Notes under the pieces: generated by a model | What the model saw: only the letters and a program-made list of their open reading frames with translations | Told to the model about the DNA's origin: nothing | Databases searched by the model: none | From: Macrostomum hystrix | Taxonomy: Eukaryota > Animalia > Platyhelminthes | Direction of reading: 5' to 3' | Assembly: GCA_950097015.1 (NCBI GenBank) | Contig: CATNEN010000025.1 | Span: 5,456,001 to 5,520,000 of the forward strand | Length of the DNA: 64,000 bases | In this document: piece after piece, positions 63,601-64,000 of the stretch | How the letters are laid out: each line of letters opens with the position of its first letter | How positions within the stretch are numbered: position 1 is the stretch's first letter | Translations under genes and position numbers: made by a program

Positions 63601-64000
63601 GGGTGTGTGTTATCTACCCCCAAATCCTACAGTGGTGTGTGTTTTCTACCCCCAAATCCTACAGCGGTGTGTGTTATCTACCCCCAAATCCTACAGGGTG
63701 TGTGTTATCTACCCCCAAATCCTACAGGGTGTGTGTTATCTACCCCCAAATCCTACAGTGGTGTGTGTTATCTACCCTCAAATCCTACTGGGTGTGTGTT
63801 ATCTACCCCCAAATCCTACTGGGTGTGTGTTATCTACCCCCAAATCCTACTGGGTGTGTGTTATCTACCCCCAAATCCTACTGGGTGTGTGTCATCTACC
63901 CCCAAATCCTACTGGGTGTGTGTTATCTACCCCCAAATCCTACTGGGTGTGTGTTATCTACCCCCAAATCCTACTGGGTGTGTGTTATCTACCCCCAAAT
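48634..64000. repeat. Large satellite array, 31-bp consensus TTATCTACCCCCAAATCCTACAGGGTGTGTG with 30-33-bp variants, more than 15.3 kb (truncated by the window)
   Basis: Continuous to the window end; rare variant units recur at fixed kb-scale offsets. Confidence 0.99.

Noticed and set aside
48634-64000. Telomeric repeat
   Set aside because: There are no tandem TTAGGG units; the similarity (TAGGATTTGGGGG) is superficial.

Overview
Eukaryotic (metazoan) genomic DNA, not prokaryotic. GC-rich exons with Ala/Gly/Gln low-complexity tracts sit in introns stuffed with minisatellites, a style that suggests a free-living flatworm such as Macrostomum (inference, not verified). Three protein-coding genes can be reconstructed by hand with canonical GT-AG junctions and consistent phases. 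(1) An intronless rhodopsin-class peptide GPCR (5600-7132, +). (2) A 7-exon ammonium transporter of the Amt family (8510-14380, +, about 523 aa). (3) A 12-exon UNC5 netrin receptor (47159-17562, -, about 1071 aa; signal peptide, 2 Ig, 2 TSP1, TM, ZU5, UPA, death domain). The rest is repeats: two tRNA-derived SINE families (one carrying a MIR-like CORE domain), a hAT MITE with a perfect 8-bp TSD that carries a 1.45-kb minisatellite, another MITE, more than 20 distinct micro/minisatellite arrays, and a >15-kb 31-33-bp satellite with kb-scale higher-order duplications running off the right end. The most unusual pattern is that exon 2 of both multi-exon genes is sandwiched between inverted copies of one minisatellite, and several arrays start right at splice sites. 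All long repetitive ORFs in the supplied track are repeat artefacts. Coordinates were counted manually; array edges are approximate.
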